Shown: positions 27,537-36,075, counted from the stretch's first letter. The stretch is 64,000 bases of DNA from Bryobacteraceae bacterium (GCA_041946685.1 JBHGAV010000010.1:23370-87369), one strand, 5' to 3'. Notes: generated by a model from the letters alone, not told the origin. Numbers and translations are program-made.

Positions 27537-27550
27537 AGGGGAAGGATGAG

Positions 27551-29065
27551 ATGAGCACCGTCACCACAGCGAACGGCCAGGGTTACCGGCGGATCAGCAT
27601 CGACCCGGTGACCAGACTGGAAGGCCACGGCAAGATCGACATTTTCCTGGACCGGGAAGGAAACGTAGCCGACTGCTTCTTCCAGGTCCCCGAGTTGCGG
27701 GGATTCGAGAAGTTCTGCGAGGGCCGGCCGGTCGAGGAGCTGCCGAGGATCACCCCGCGCATCTGCGGAGTCTGCCCCGAGGCGCACATGATGGCCAGCG
27801 CCAAGGCCTGCGATGCGGTCTATGGAGCGGAACTGCCGCTCACGGCGAAGCTGCTGCGCGAGTTGCAGTACAACATCTTCTATGTGACCGACCACGCCAC
27901 CCACTTCTATGCGCTGGGCGGGCCGGATTTCGTCATGGGGCCGAAGAGCGACCCGGCCACGCGCAATCTGATCGGAGTCATCGGCAAAGTCGGGCTGGAG
28001 ATCGCCGGGCAGGTGCTGAAGTGCCGCGCCTGGGGACACGAAGCGGCGGGCATCTTCGGCGGCAAGCCGGTGAACCCGGCCAACGCCATCCCCGGCGGCA
28101 TGAGCAAGGGGCTGAACAAGGACGAGCGCCAGCGGGTGGAAGAGATCTGCCGCTTCATGGTCGAGTTCGGCAAGCTGACGCTGAAGATCCTGCACGACGT
28201 GGTTCTGGCGAACCGGGAGTACGTGGACCTCATTTTGAACGGGCCTTACATGCACCGCACCTACTCGATGGGGCTCGTGGACGAGAAGAACCAGGTCAAT
28301 TTCTATGACGGCATGGTGCGGGTCGTCGATCCCGAGGGCAAGGAGCTGTGCCGTTACGCGCCGCCCGACTACACCAAGCACATTGCCGAGCGGGTGGAGC
28401 CTTGGAGCTATCTCAAGTTCCCGTACCTGAAGGCCGTCGGCTGGAAAGGGTTCGTTGACGGAATGGAGTCGGGAGTGTACACGGCGACTCCACAATCCCG
28501 GCTCAATGCCGGCGATGGCATGAATAGCCCGCTGGCGCAGGAAGCCTACGAGGAGTACTTCGAGACCCTGACGGGCGACCGGAGCGGGCGAAAGCCCGTC
28601 CATCACAGGCTCGCCATCCATTGGGCACGCTGTGTCGAGTTGATGAACGCCGCCGAGCGGAGCCTGGAGCTGATCCAGCACCCCGAGATCACTCACCCGG
28701 AGAATTTCCGGGTGGTCTGCGACAAGACACCGCACGAGGGCGTGGGGATCGTCGAAGCGCCGCGGGGCACGCTCACGCACCATTACGTCACCGACGAGAA
28801 CGGCATCGTCAGGAAGGCCAACCTGGTGGTCGGCACGACGAACAACCACGCGGCCATCTGCATGTCGATCAAGCAGGCCGCCGAGGGCCTGATACGCAAG
28901 GGCGTCGAGGTCACCGAAGGGGTGCTGAACATGGTGGAAATGGCATTCCGGGGTTACGACCCCTGTTTTGGGTGCGCCACGCATAGTCTGCCTGGGCAGA
29001 TGCCGCTGGTGGTGCGGGTCCGAGACTTCGAAGGACAGGTTTTGTCGGAGGCCAGGCGGGACTGA
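27551..29065 (+). CDS. mvhA: [NiFe]-hydrogenase large subunit (MvhA-like, group 3c by synteny), cluster 1
   Basis: In-frame ATG at 27551. Motifs present are RLEGHGKI, N-terminal RICGVCP and C-terminal DPCFGCATH, followed by a 26-aa tail that is the substrate for an endopeptidase. Confidence 0.9.
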   Translation: MSTVTTANGQGYRRISIDPVTRLEGHGKIDIFLDREGNVADCFFQVPELRGFEKFCEGRPVEELPRITPRICGVCPEAHMMASAKACDAVYGAELPLTAKLLRELQYNIFYVTDHATHFYALGGPDFVMGPKSDPATRNLIGVIGKVGLEIAGQVLKCRAWGHEAAGIFGGKPVNPANAIPGGMSKGLNKDERQRVEEICRFMVEFGKLTLKILHDVVLANREYVDLILNGPYMHRTYSMGLVDEKNQVNFYDGMVRVVDPEGKELCRYAPPDYTKHIAERVEPWSYLKFPYLKAVGWKGFVDGMESGVYTATPQSRLNAGDGMNSPLAQEAYEEYFETLTGDRSGRKPVHHRLAIHWARCVELMNAAERSLELIQHPEITHPENFRVVCDKTPHEGVGIVEAPRGTLTHHYVTDENGIVRKANLVVGTTNNHAAICMSIKQAAEGLIRKGVEVTEGVLNMVEMAFRGYDPCFGCATHSLPGQMPLVVRVRDFEGQVLSEARRD

Positions 29066-29080
29066 GGGAGAACGATCAGC

Positions 29081-30400
29081 ATGGCGAAGATCAAGGAACG
29101 CTACGACGGGCTGGTGGTGGGCGGCGGCATCGCCGGCATGCAGGCGGCGCTGGATCTGGCGGGCCAGGGATACGAAGTACTTCTGGTGGAGCGGGAGCCC
29201 TCGATCGGCGGCATCATGGTCGGCCTGAACAAAGTCTTTCCGACGCTGGATTGCAGCAGTTGTATCTGTACGCCGCGCATGGCCGAAACTGCGCACCACG
29301 AGCGCATCACCTTGCTCACCTACACGGAAGTGGATGAGGTCCGGCGGGAGGGAAACGGCTTTGAGGTGATGCTGACAAAGAAGCCCCGCTACGTTGTGGA
29401 AGAGGATTGCATCGGGTGCAGCAAGTGCGAGCTCGCCTGCCACGAGTGGGCCCCCCACGAGTTCGACTACGGCCTGGGCGCGCGGGCGGCCATCTACATT
29501 CCACACGGAAACGCCATCCCCCAGGTTCCGGTGCTCGACCCCGACTACTGCATCTTCGACGGCGCATGTGCCAGGGTCTGCCCCACCAACTGCATCGACT
29601 TCACCCAGGAGCCGCAGAAGCTCAAGGTGGACGTGGGCGCCGTGATCATCGCCTCGGGACTCAAGACCACACCCATGGACGCCAAGAAGGAATACGGTGG
29701 CAACAAGTATCCGAACGTCATGAACCCCCTGGCCATGGAGCGGGTGCAGAGCTCGAATGGCCCTTACGGCCACGTGCTGCGGCCCTCGGACGGGAAGGTC
29801 CCCAATTCGGTCGCCTATGTTCAGTGCGCGGGCAGCCGCGACAAGTCCATAGGCGTGCCCTACTGCTCGCGCGTGTGCTGCATGTACGCGCTCAAGCAGG
29901 CGATCATGATCAAACATCAGCGTCACGAGACCGAGGTCACCATCTATTACATGGATATTCGGGCTTTCGGCAAGGGCTATGAGCAGTTCTACCGCCGCGC
30001 GCTGGCCGAGGGTGTCCGCGTGGTGAAGGCCAAGGTAGCCAAGATCACCGAGGTCGGGGATCACGATCTGTCCCTCCGCGTGGAACTGAACGACGAAGGA
30101 GGACGGGTGGCCGACATCCGCCATGACCTTGTGGTGTTGAGCCAGGGGATCATTCCCGGCTGGCGTCCCGATGAGGGACTGGTGCCGGCGGGGCTGGACG
30201 ACGACGGCTTCTTCAAGATCCGGGAGGTGACGACCCGGCCGGCCAACAGCCCCCGGGACGGCATCTTCGTGGCGGGAGTGGCGACCGGCCCGAAGGACAT
30301 TCCCGATGCGATCGTGGAGGCGGGCGCGGCGGCGATGGAGGCCGCCATGTACCTTCATCGCACCCAGCCGCGCAAGCCGGCGATGGCGTGTGCGGATTGA
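29081..30400 (+). CDS. Short HdrA-like flavoprotein (QmoA-like)
   Basis: 439 aa. FAD motif VVGGGIAGMQAA, an inserted 2x[4Fe-4S] domain (CIGCSKCELAC, ACARVCPTNC) and the HdrA-type QCAGSRD...YCSRVCC block are present. It lacks the N- and C-terminal domains of full-length HdrA. Confidence 0.75.
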   Translation: MAKIKERYDGLVVGGGIAGMQAALDLAGQGYEVLLVEREPSIGGIMVGLNKVFPTLDCSSCICTPRMAETAHHERITLLTYTEVDEVRREGNGFEVMLTKKPRYVVEEDCIGCSKCELACHEWAPHEFDYGLGARAAIYIPHGNAIPQVPVLDPDYCIFDGACARVCPTNCIDFTQEPQKLKVDVGAVIIASGLKTTPMDAKKEYGGNKYPNVMNPLAMERVQSSNGPYGHVLRPSDGKVPNSVAYVQCAGSRDKSIGVPYCSRVCCMYALKQAIMIKHQRHETEVTIYYMDIRAFGKGYEQFYRRALAEGVRVVKAKVAKITEVGDHDLSLRVELNDEGGRVADIRHDLVVLSQGIIPGWRPDEGLVPAGLDDDGFFKIREVTTRPANSPRDGIFVAGVATGPKDIPDAIVEAGAAAMEAAMYLHRTQPRKPAMACAD

Positions 30401-30429
30401 GCGGGGAGTCGCGCGACAGGAGGCATCCC

Positions 30430-30723
30430 ATGGGAGACGCGAAACGCAACTGGCGGGAGGATCTGAAGGTGTTCCGTGAACGCCAGGGGGGAGTGAGCGA
30501 GGCGAAGAAGGCGCGGACCAAGGAGACCCGGGAAACGGTGAAGGCGATCGAGGGCGCGCTCAGGGGCGGTCCGCTGACTGTGCCGGAGATCTCCGCTGCG
30601 ACCAAGATTCCCAGCCAGAAGGTCCTCTGGCATCTAATGGCGATGAAAAAATACGGCAGGGTCGCCGAGGCGGGCCCGGCGGGCGAGTACTACCGCTACG
30701 AGCTTAAGGAGGCATCATCGTGA
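30430..30723 (+). CDS. Small winged-helix (wHTH) protein of unknown role
   Basis: ATG 30430 is preceded by AGGAGG with a 6-nt spacer. The 97-aa product has a basic N-terminus followed by LTVPEISAATKIPSQKVLWHLMAMKKYGRVAE..YYRYEL, an HTH-plus-wing pattern. Its stop overlaps the next gene's GTG start. Confidence 0.6.
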   Translation: MGDAKRNWREDLKVFRERQGGVSEAKKARTKETRETVKAIEGALRGGPLTVPEISAATKIPSQKVLWHLMAMKKYGRVAEAGPAGEYYRYELKEASS

Positions 30724-31880
30724 GCGTTCGTGTCGATCCCAGAGTTACCGGTCAACTGGCCCACTATGGAGGGGAAACGGCCGTCAAGTGCTTCAACTGC
30801 GGCAACTGCACCGCAGTCTGCTCGCTCACCAACCAGGATGCCGTTTTCCCCCGCCGCTACATCCGGTACATCCAGCTCGGCCTCAAGGACAAGATGCTCG
30901 GCAGCCTCGACCCCTGGCTGTGCTACTACTGCGGGGACTGCTCGGATACCTGCCCCCGCGAGGCCCAGCCGGGCAAGCTCATGATGGCCAGCCGCCGCTG
31001 GCTGATCAGCATGTACGACTGGACCGGGCTGAGCCGCCTCATGTACGGCCAGGAACGATGGGAGGTGATCATGCTCCTGCTGGTCGCCCTCCTGGTGTTG
31101 GGATTGTTCACGGTCCCCGCCGATTTCGGTTTCCGGCTGCTCGCCTCACATCCCGAAGCGCGTGATAGCGTCAACCTCGGTTATTTCGCGCCGAAGGAGA
31201 TCGTGCACTGGGGCGACCTGACGCTGGCCGCCCTTCTGGGAGGACTGCTCCTGAGCAATGCGGCGCGGATGTTCTGGTTTGTCCGGCGGCAGGGTCCGCC
31301 GCTTCGCTTCGGCGCGCTGATCAGCCAGATCGGAGAGTTTGTGGTTCAAGGACTGACGCAGAAACGCTGGCGCGAATGCGCGTCGGACTCCACCAAGCAC
31401 TGGCTGCGCCATCTGTTGCTGGTCACCGCCTACGGAACGATGTTCGCTCTTGTCGTCGTCTTTCTGAAGTGGTTTCAGGTGGAGGATACGTCGTTCCACT
31501 GGACGAGCCTGCTCGGCTACTATTCCACGCTGGTTCTGATGGGGGCCACGCTGTGGATCATACAGGATCGCAGGAAGAAGAAGGATCAGATCCACAAGTA
31601 TAGCGACATGGCCGACTGGCTGTTTCCGATTCTGCTGTTCCTCACCAGCCTCTCCGGCATCCTGCTGCACCTGGCGCGGCTGGTCAACCTGGCGATGCCG
31701 ACGTATTACTTTTACGTAATTCACCTGATGATCGCGGTGCCCATGCTGGTGGTGGAAGTGCCCTTCGGCAAGTGGTCCCACCTGTTCTACCGGCCGCTGG
31801 CGCTGTACCTGCTGGGAGTTCAGAGCAAGAGCCGGGCCCGGGAGACGGCCGGCGTCAAGGCAACCCCGGTGGCGGCGTGA
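30720..31880 (+). CDS. QmoC-like membrane protein: HdrC-like 2x[4Fe-4S] domain fused to NarI/HdrE-like six-TM (putative dihaem b) domain
   Basis: GTG 30720 (GTGA overlap) is preceded by AGGAGG. The N-terminus carries CFNCGNCTAVC and CYYCGDCSDTCP. About six TM helices follow with conserved-looking His residues (VHWGD, HWLRHLLL, LLHLARL, VIHLM, FGKWSHLFYRP). Confidence 0.7.
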   Translation: MSVRVDPRVTGQLAHYGGETAVKCFNCGNCTAVCSLTNQDAVFPRRYIRYIQLGLKDKMLGSLDPWLCYYCGDCSDTCPREAQPGKLMMASRRWLISMYDWTGLSRLMYGQERWEVIMLLLVALLVLGLFTVPADFGFRLLASHPEARDSVNLGYFAPKEIVHWGDLTLAALLGGLLLSNAARMFWFVRRQGPPLRFGALISQIGEFVVQGLTQKRWRECASDSTKHWLRHLLLVTAYGTMFALVVVFLKWFQVEDTSFHWTSLLGYYSTLVLMGATLWIIQDRRKKKDQIHKYSDMADWLFPILLFLTSLSGILLHLARLVNLAMPTYYFYVIHLMIAVPMLVVEVPFGKWSHLFYRPLALYLLGVQSKSRARETAGVKATPVAA

Positions 31881-32383
31881 GCGGGACCAGCACACGTCGC
31901 ACCGCCGTACTGGGTTTGGGCAACCCCGTGGTTGCCGACGATCGCGTGGGCTTGGCGGTGGCCGAGCGAATCCGGAGGTTGCTCGAGGAGTCCCCCATCA
32001 AGGACGTCGAGGTGCTGGAGAGCATGCGCGGCGGCTTTGAGCTGATCGACTTGCTGAGCGGTTTCGCTCATGCCGTGATCATCGACTGCCTGACGGTGCC
32101 CGATCCCACGCCGGGGCGCGTGCATCGCCTGGCTCTGGACAACGTCGCCGGCAGCGCCCGGCTGATCAACGCGCACGAGATCAGCATCTGGGAGGCGTTC
32201 GAACTGGCCAGGAAGATGGGCATCGACATGCCGGAGACCGTCGACATCTTCGCCATCGAGGGAGGAGACACCCTCACGATGACGGAGGAGATGACCCCGC
32301 TGGTGGCTGCGGCGGTCGAACCGCTGGCCCGCCAGATCCACACTGCGCTGGCGGCTGGGATGGGCGCTGCACCTCGATTTTAG
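31877..32383 (+). CDS. [NiFe]-hydrogenase maturation endopeptidase (HyaD/HycI/FrhD family)
   Basis: GTG 31877 overlaps the upstream stop (GTGA). AVLGLGNPVVADDRVGLAVAE is the GNxxxxDDGxG motif. 168 aa. Confidence 0.8.
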   Translation: MSGTSTRRTAVLGLGNPVVADDRVGLAVAERIRRLLEESPIKDVEVLESMRGGFELIDLLSGFAHAVIIDCLTVPDPTPGRVHRLALDNVAGSARLINAHEISIWEAFELARKMGIDMPETVDIFAIEGGDTLTMTEEMTPLVAAAVEPLARQIHTALAAGMGAAPRF

Positions 32384-32388
32384 GTCCG

Positions 32389-32410
32389 TGCCCCAACTGC
32401 ATCTGGGGCA
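32389..32410 (+). terminator. Stem-loop after protease gene (TGCCCCA-N8-TGGGGCA)
   Basis: 7-bp perfect stem 6 nt after the stop codon, at the start of a 203-bp lower-GC spacer between the two hydrogenase clusters. The downstream tract is A/T-containing but is not a clean U-run. Confidence 0.4.
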
Positions 32411-32586
32411 AATCGCCCAATCTTCCCGCAACCTGGGGCGAATGAAGCCGCAAGTCTATTAATTTCTACAAAAAGACCCGATTTTCCCAATATGGGTTAT
32501 TGGCCCCTAAAGTGCGGGTGTAATCCATACATCACAGCAGGCCTCGGGTTTTTGTCTAACTAGCGGTCATCACGGGAGTCATTATT

Positions 32587-33171
32587 GTGCTGGCACTCAT
32601 CCGAAGGAAGATGAAGTTCCAGCGGGAAGCTGATCCGGTCTGGGCGGACGAGATCAGCAGGCAGCCTGGAATCGATCGAATCTGGTCCTGCATCCAGTGC
32701 GGCACCTGCTCGGGAACGTGTCCCCTCTCCATCTACATGGATTTTACGCCAAGGCGCATTATCGCCCTGGTGCGCGAAGGATTCCGCAGCGACGCTCTGA
32801 GCAGCCAGACCATCTGGCTTTGCGCATCGTGCTATTCCTGCGCTTCTCATTGTCCTCAGGACGTCCACATAACCGACTTGATGTACAGCTTGAAGCGGGA
32901 AGCGATCAAGCATCGCATGTACCCGCGGCGTTTTCCGATTCCGGTGCTCGCGCGCGAGTTCTTCAACCTGGTGCGGCGGCACGGGCGCAACAGTGAGGTC
33001 TGGCTGGTTGTCAGAATGGCTCTGAAGTCCAATCCGTTCGTGCTGCTGACGATGGCCAAGTACGGATTCGGACTGATGCGCACGGGCCGCATGAGCCTGC
33101 GGCAGGAGCGTATCCAGCGCACGCACGAACTCCAGAGCGAACTTGCCGCGCCGCAGGAGGTTTCGCGATGA
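32587..33171 (+). CDS. hdrC: Heterodisulfide reductase subunit C (2x[4Fe-4S])
   Basis: CIQCGTCSGTCP and CASCYSCASHCP motifs are present. The start is uncertain (GTG 32587 or ATG 32611). ATGA overlap with hdrB. Confidence 0.85.
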   Translation: MLALIRRKMKFQREADPVWADEISRQPGIDRIWSCIQCGTCSGTCPLSIYMDFTPRRIIALVREGFRSDALSSQTIWLCASCYSCASHCPQDVHITDLMYSLKREAIKHRMYPRRFPIPVLAREFFNLVRRHGRNSEVWLVVRMALKSNPFVLLTMAKYGFGLMRTGRMSLRQERIQRTHELQSELAAPQEVSR

Positions 33172-34088
33172 GCGCCAATGAGAACTGCCGGTCGAGATAC
33201 GCCTACTTCCCCGGGTGCTCGCTGAGCGCCACCGGGCTCGCCTACGACGAGAGCCTGAAGGTGCTGTTCCGGCTGCTGGGAGTGAAGCTGGATGAACTGG
33301 AAGACTGGAACTGCTGCGGCGCTACGTCCTACATGTGCATTGACGAAGGCGCGGCGTTCCTGATGTCGGCACGGAACCTGTCCATCGCGCACAAGATGGG
33401 CGCCAGCGAGGTTCTGGCGCCGTGCAGCGCCTGCTACCTGGTGCTGCGTAAGACGCAGGACTACGTCGAGCATCACCCCGCGGTTGCCGAGAAGGTGAAA
33501 CAGTCTCTGCGGCAGGCCGGGCTGGAGCCGATGAATTCGGTGAAGGTCAGGCACCCGCTGGAGATGCTGTACAACGACGTGGGCGTGGAGCAGATCAAGT
33601 CCCTGTCCAAGCGCAAGTGGCGCGGCGGACGGATCGCCTGCTACTACGGGTGTCAGGCCGTGCGGCCATACGACGAGGTGGACCGGTCGCATAATCCGAT
33701 GCGCATGGACGAGTTGATGAACGCCGTGGGCGCCCCGACGGTGGACTACTCGCTGAAGACCAAGTGCTGCGGCGGCTCGCTCACCGGGACGATGCATGAG
33801 GTCGGGTTGCGCCTCAACTACATCCTCCTCAAGGAAGCCGCCCGAAAGGGCGCCGAGGCGATCGTCACCATCTGCCCGCTCTGCCAGTTCAACCTGGACG
33901 TCTACCAGGCCGAGATCGCCAAGCAGAGCGGCGAACGCTTCGACATGCCGATTCTGTACTTCTCTCAGGTGCTCGGATGGGCGCTCGGGGGCGAGATGCG
34001 GCAACTGGGGCTGCAGCGCTCGCTTGCCGGCCAGAGCTTGATACGCCGGTGGTTCGCCGCCCACGAGGAGGTGGAAGCGTATGTCTGA
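33168..34088 (+). CDS. hdrB: Heterodisulfide reductase subunit B (two CCG domains)
   Basis: Two complete CCG-domain Cys patterns are present: PGC...NCCGA...PCSAC and YGC...KCCGGS...CPLC. Confidence 0.9.
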   Translation: MSANENCRSRYAYFPGCSLSATGLAYDESLKVLFRLLGVKLDELEDWNCCGATSYMCIDEGAAFLMSARNLSIAHKMGASEVLAPCSACYLVLRKTQDYVEHHPAVAEKVKQSLRQAGLEPMNSVKVRHPLEMLYNDVGVEQIKSLSKRKWRGGRIACYYGCQAVRPYDEVDRSHNPMRMDELMNAVGAPTVDYSLKTKCCGGSLTGTMHEVGLRLNYILLKEAARKGAEAIVTICPLCQFNLDVYQAEIAKQSGERFDMPILYFSQVLGWALGGEMRQLGLQRSLAGQSLIRRWFAAHEEVEAYV

Positions 34089-36075
34089 GCGGAACGGCGC
34101 AGTTCGAATCGGAGTCTATGTCTGCCATTGCGGCAGCAACATCGCGGCTGTCGTGGACTGCAAGGACGTGGCCGACTACGGCCGCGGATTGCCGGGCGTC
34201 GCGATTTCGAGGGACTACAAGTATCTTTGTTCGGATCCGGGGCAGGAACTGATCCGGCAGGACATTCGAGAGCACAATCTGGACCGCATCGTGGTGGCGT
34301 CCTGCTCGCCGCACCTTCACGAGCACACGTTCCGCACGGCCGTCGAACAGGCCGGTCTGAACGCCTACTACCTGCACATGGTCAACATCCGCGAGCACAA
34401 CTCGTGGGTGCACCAGGACCGGGCCAAAGCCACCGACAAGGCTAAGGACATGGTCCGCGCGGCGGTGCGCCGCGTGGCGCGGCACCAGCCGCTCAAGAGG
34501 GGCAGCGTTCCGATCGATCCCGCCGTGCTCGTCGTCGGGGGGGGCATCGCCGGCATCCATGCCGCGCTGACGCTGGCCAACGCCGGAAAGAAGGTCTATC
34601 TGGTGGAGAAGCAGCCGTCCATCGGCGGCCACATGGCGATGTTCGATAAGACCTTCCCGACGCTAGACTGCGCGGCCTGCATCCTGACCCCCAAGATGTC
34701 GTCGGTGAAGGCGCACAAGAACATCACGCTTTGGTCGAACGCCGAGGTCACCGAGGTGAGCGGCTACGTCGGGAACTTCGACATAAAGGTGACCCGCTGG
34801 CCGCGGTACATCGACGAGGACCTCTGTTCGGGCTGCCTGGAGTGCATCGATGCTTGCGTTTACAAGGACGCCAAGTTCCCGGACCAGTTCAACATGGGGC
34901 TGAGCAAGCGCAAGCCGATCTACATTCCCTTTCCGCAGGCGGTCCCCCAGGTTCCGGTGATCGATACGGAAACCTGTATCCAGTTCAAGAGCGGCAAGTG
35001 CAAGAAGAGCTGCCTGGCGGCCTGCGCCGACCGCAAGGCCATCAACTTCCAGCAGAAGGAGACGGTGGAGCAGATACGCGTGGGGGCCATTGTCCTGGCA
35101 ACCGGCTTCCAGGCGTTCGACGCCAATCAGGTGCCATACTACGGCTACGGCACGTACCCGAACGTGTACACGTCGCTCGAAATCGAGCGGCTGGTGAATG
35201 CTTCGGGCCCGACCAGCGGCCACGTCGTCCTGCGGGACGGGCGCAAGCCGAAGTCGATCGGGATCATTCACTGCGTCGGCTCACGCGATACGCAAACCAA
35301 CCGCTGGTGCTCGCGGGTCTGCTGCATGTACTCGCTGAAGCTGGCGCATCTGCTCAAGGAACACACCGGCGCGGAGGTGTTCAACTTCTACATCGACATG
35401 CGCACCCCCGGCAAGGGTTTCGAAGAGTTCTATCAGAAGCTGCTGAACGAGGGTGTTCACTTCGTTCGCGGCCGCGTGGCGGAGGTCACGGACTGGGCCC
35501 TGGACCCCACCGAGGACAATAAGCTGGTCCTGCGAGTGGAAGATACTCTGCTGGGCACGGTGCGCCGGATTCCGGTGGACATGGTCGTTCTCTCCGTCGG
35601 CATTCAGCCGCAACCCGACGCCCCCGAAGTCCGGCGGATGTTCAACATCTCCTGCGCCAGCGAGGGCTTCTTCCTGGAGCGGCACCCCAAGCTGGCGCCG
35701 GTCAACACCTTCACCGACGGAATCTTCCTGGCCGGCTGCTGCCAGGGGCCGAAGGACATTCCCGACACGGTGGCGCAGGCCGGAGCGGCGGCCGCGGAGG
35801 CGCTGGCCCTTATCGATGCCGGGGAGGTGGAAACGGAACCCTACACGGCCTATGTGGTCGAAGAGGAGTGCTCGGGCTGCCGCACCTGCGTGCCCCTCTG
35901 CCCGTACGGCGCGATACAGTTCAACGCGGAGAAGAACCGGGCGTTCGTTCAGGAAGTGCTCTGCAAGGGCTGCGGCACATGCGTCGCGGCCTGTCCGTCG
36001 GGCTCGATCGGGCAGCACCTGTTTGAAGACGACCAGATTTTCGACGAGATCGAGGGGGTGCTAGCCAATGCCTGA
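34081..36075 (+). CDS. hdrA: Heterodisulfide reductase subunit A, cluster 2
   Basis: 664 aa. IGVYVCHCGSNIA, VVGGGIAGIHAA, HCVGSRD...WCSRVCC and the C-terminal CSGCRTCVPLCP / CKGCGTCVAACP motifs are present. Confidence 0.9.
   Translation: MSERNGAVRIGVYVCHCGSNIAAVVDCKDVADYGRGLPGVAISRDYKYLCSDPGQELIRQDIREHNLDRIVVASCSPHLHEHTFRTAVEQAGLNAYYLHMVNIREHNSWVHQDRAKATDKAKDMVRAAVRRVARHQPLKRGSVPIDPAVLVVGGGIAGIHAALTLANAGKKVYLVEKQPSIGGHMAMFDKTFPTLDCAACILTPKMSSVKAHKNITLWSNAEVTEVSGYVGNFDIKVTRWPRYIDEDLCSGCLECIDACVYKDAKFPDQFNMGLSKRKPIYIPFPQAVPQVPVIDTETCIQFKSGKCKKSCLAACADRKAINFQQKETVEQIRVGAIVLATGFQAFDANQVPYYGYGTYPNVYTSLEIERLVNASGPTSGHVVLRDGRKPKSIGIIHCVGSRDTQTNRWCSRVCCMYSLKLAHLLKEHTGAEVFNFYIDMRTPGKGFEEFYQKLLNEGVHFVRGRVAEVTDWALDPTEDNKLVLRVEDTLLGTVRRIPVDMVVLSVGIQPQPDAPEVRRMFNISCASEGFFLERHPKLAPVNTFTDGIFLAGCCQGPKDIPDTVAQAGAAAAEALALIDAGEVETEPYTAYVVEEECSGCRTCVPLCPYGAIQFNAEKNRAFVQEVLCKGCGTCVAACPSGSIGQHLFEDDQIFDEIEGVLANA

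Noticed and set aside
26412-27550. Upstream in-frame extensions of mvhG (from 26412) and mvhA (from 27071). Similar extensions occur for wza (to 2824), maf (to 4462), iorB (to 17115), coaE (to 54841) and actB (from 59077).
   Set aside because: The extensions overlap the preceding gene and lack family similarity. Internal starts give canonical N-termini and 4-nt coupled overlaps or SD sequences.
27533-30358. A 941-aa ORF on the minus strand spanning mvhA (cluster 1) and the QmoA-like gene.
   Set aside because: It is antisense to two genes that carry unmistakable catalytic motifs. Its translation is a low-complexity R/G/A/H/D/P-rich string with no motifs. Long stop-free antisense frames are expected in GC3-biased DNA.
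24009-32383. Calling cluster 1 a bona fide QmoABC of dissimilatory sulfate reduction.
   Set aside because: No aprAB, sat or dsr genes occur in the window. The QmoB equivalent is split into HdrA and MvhD, and a hydrogenase is inserted. Only 'Qmo-like' is justified.
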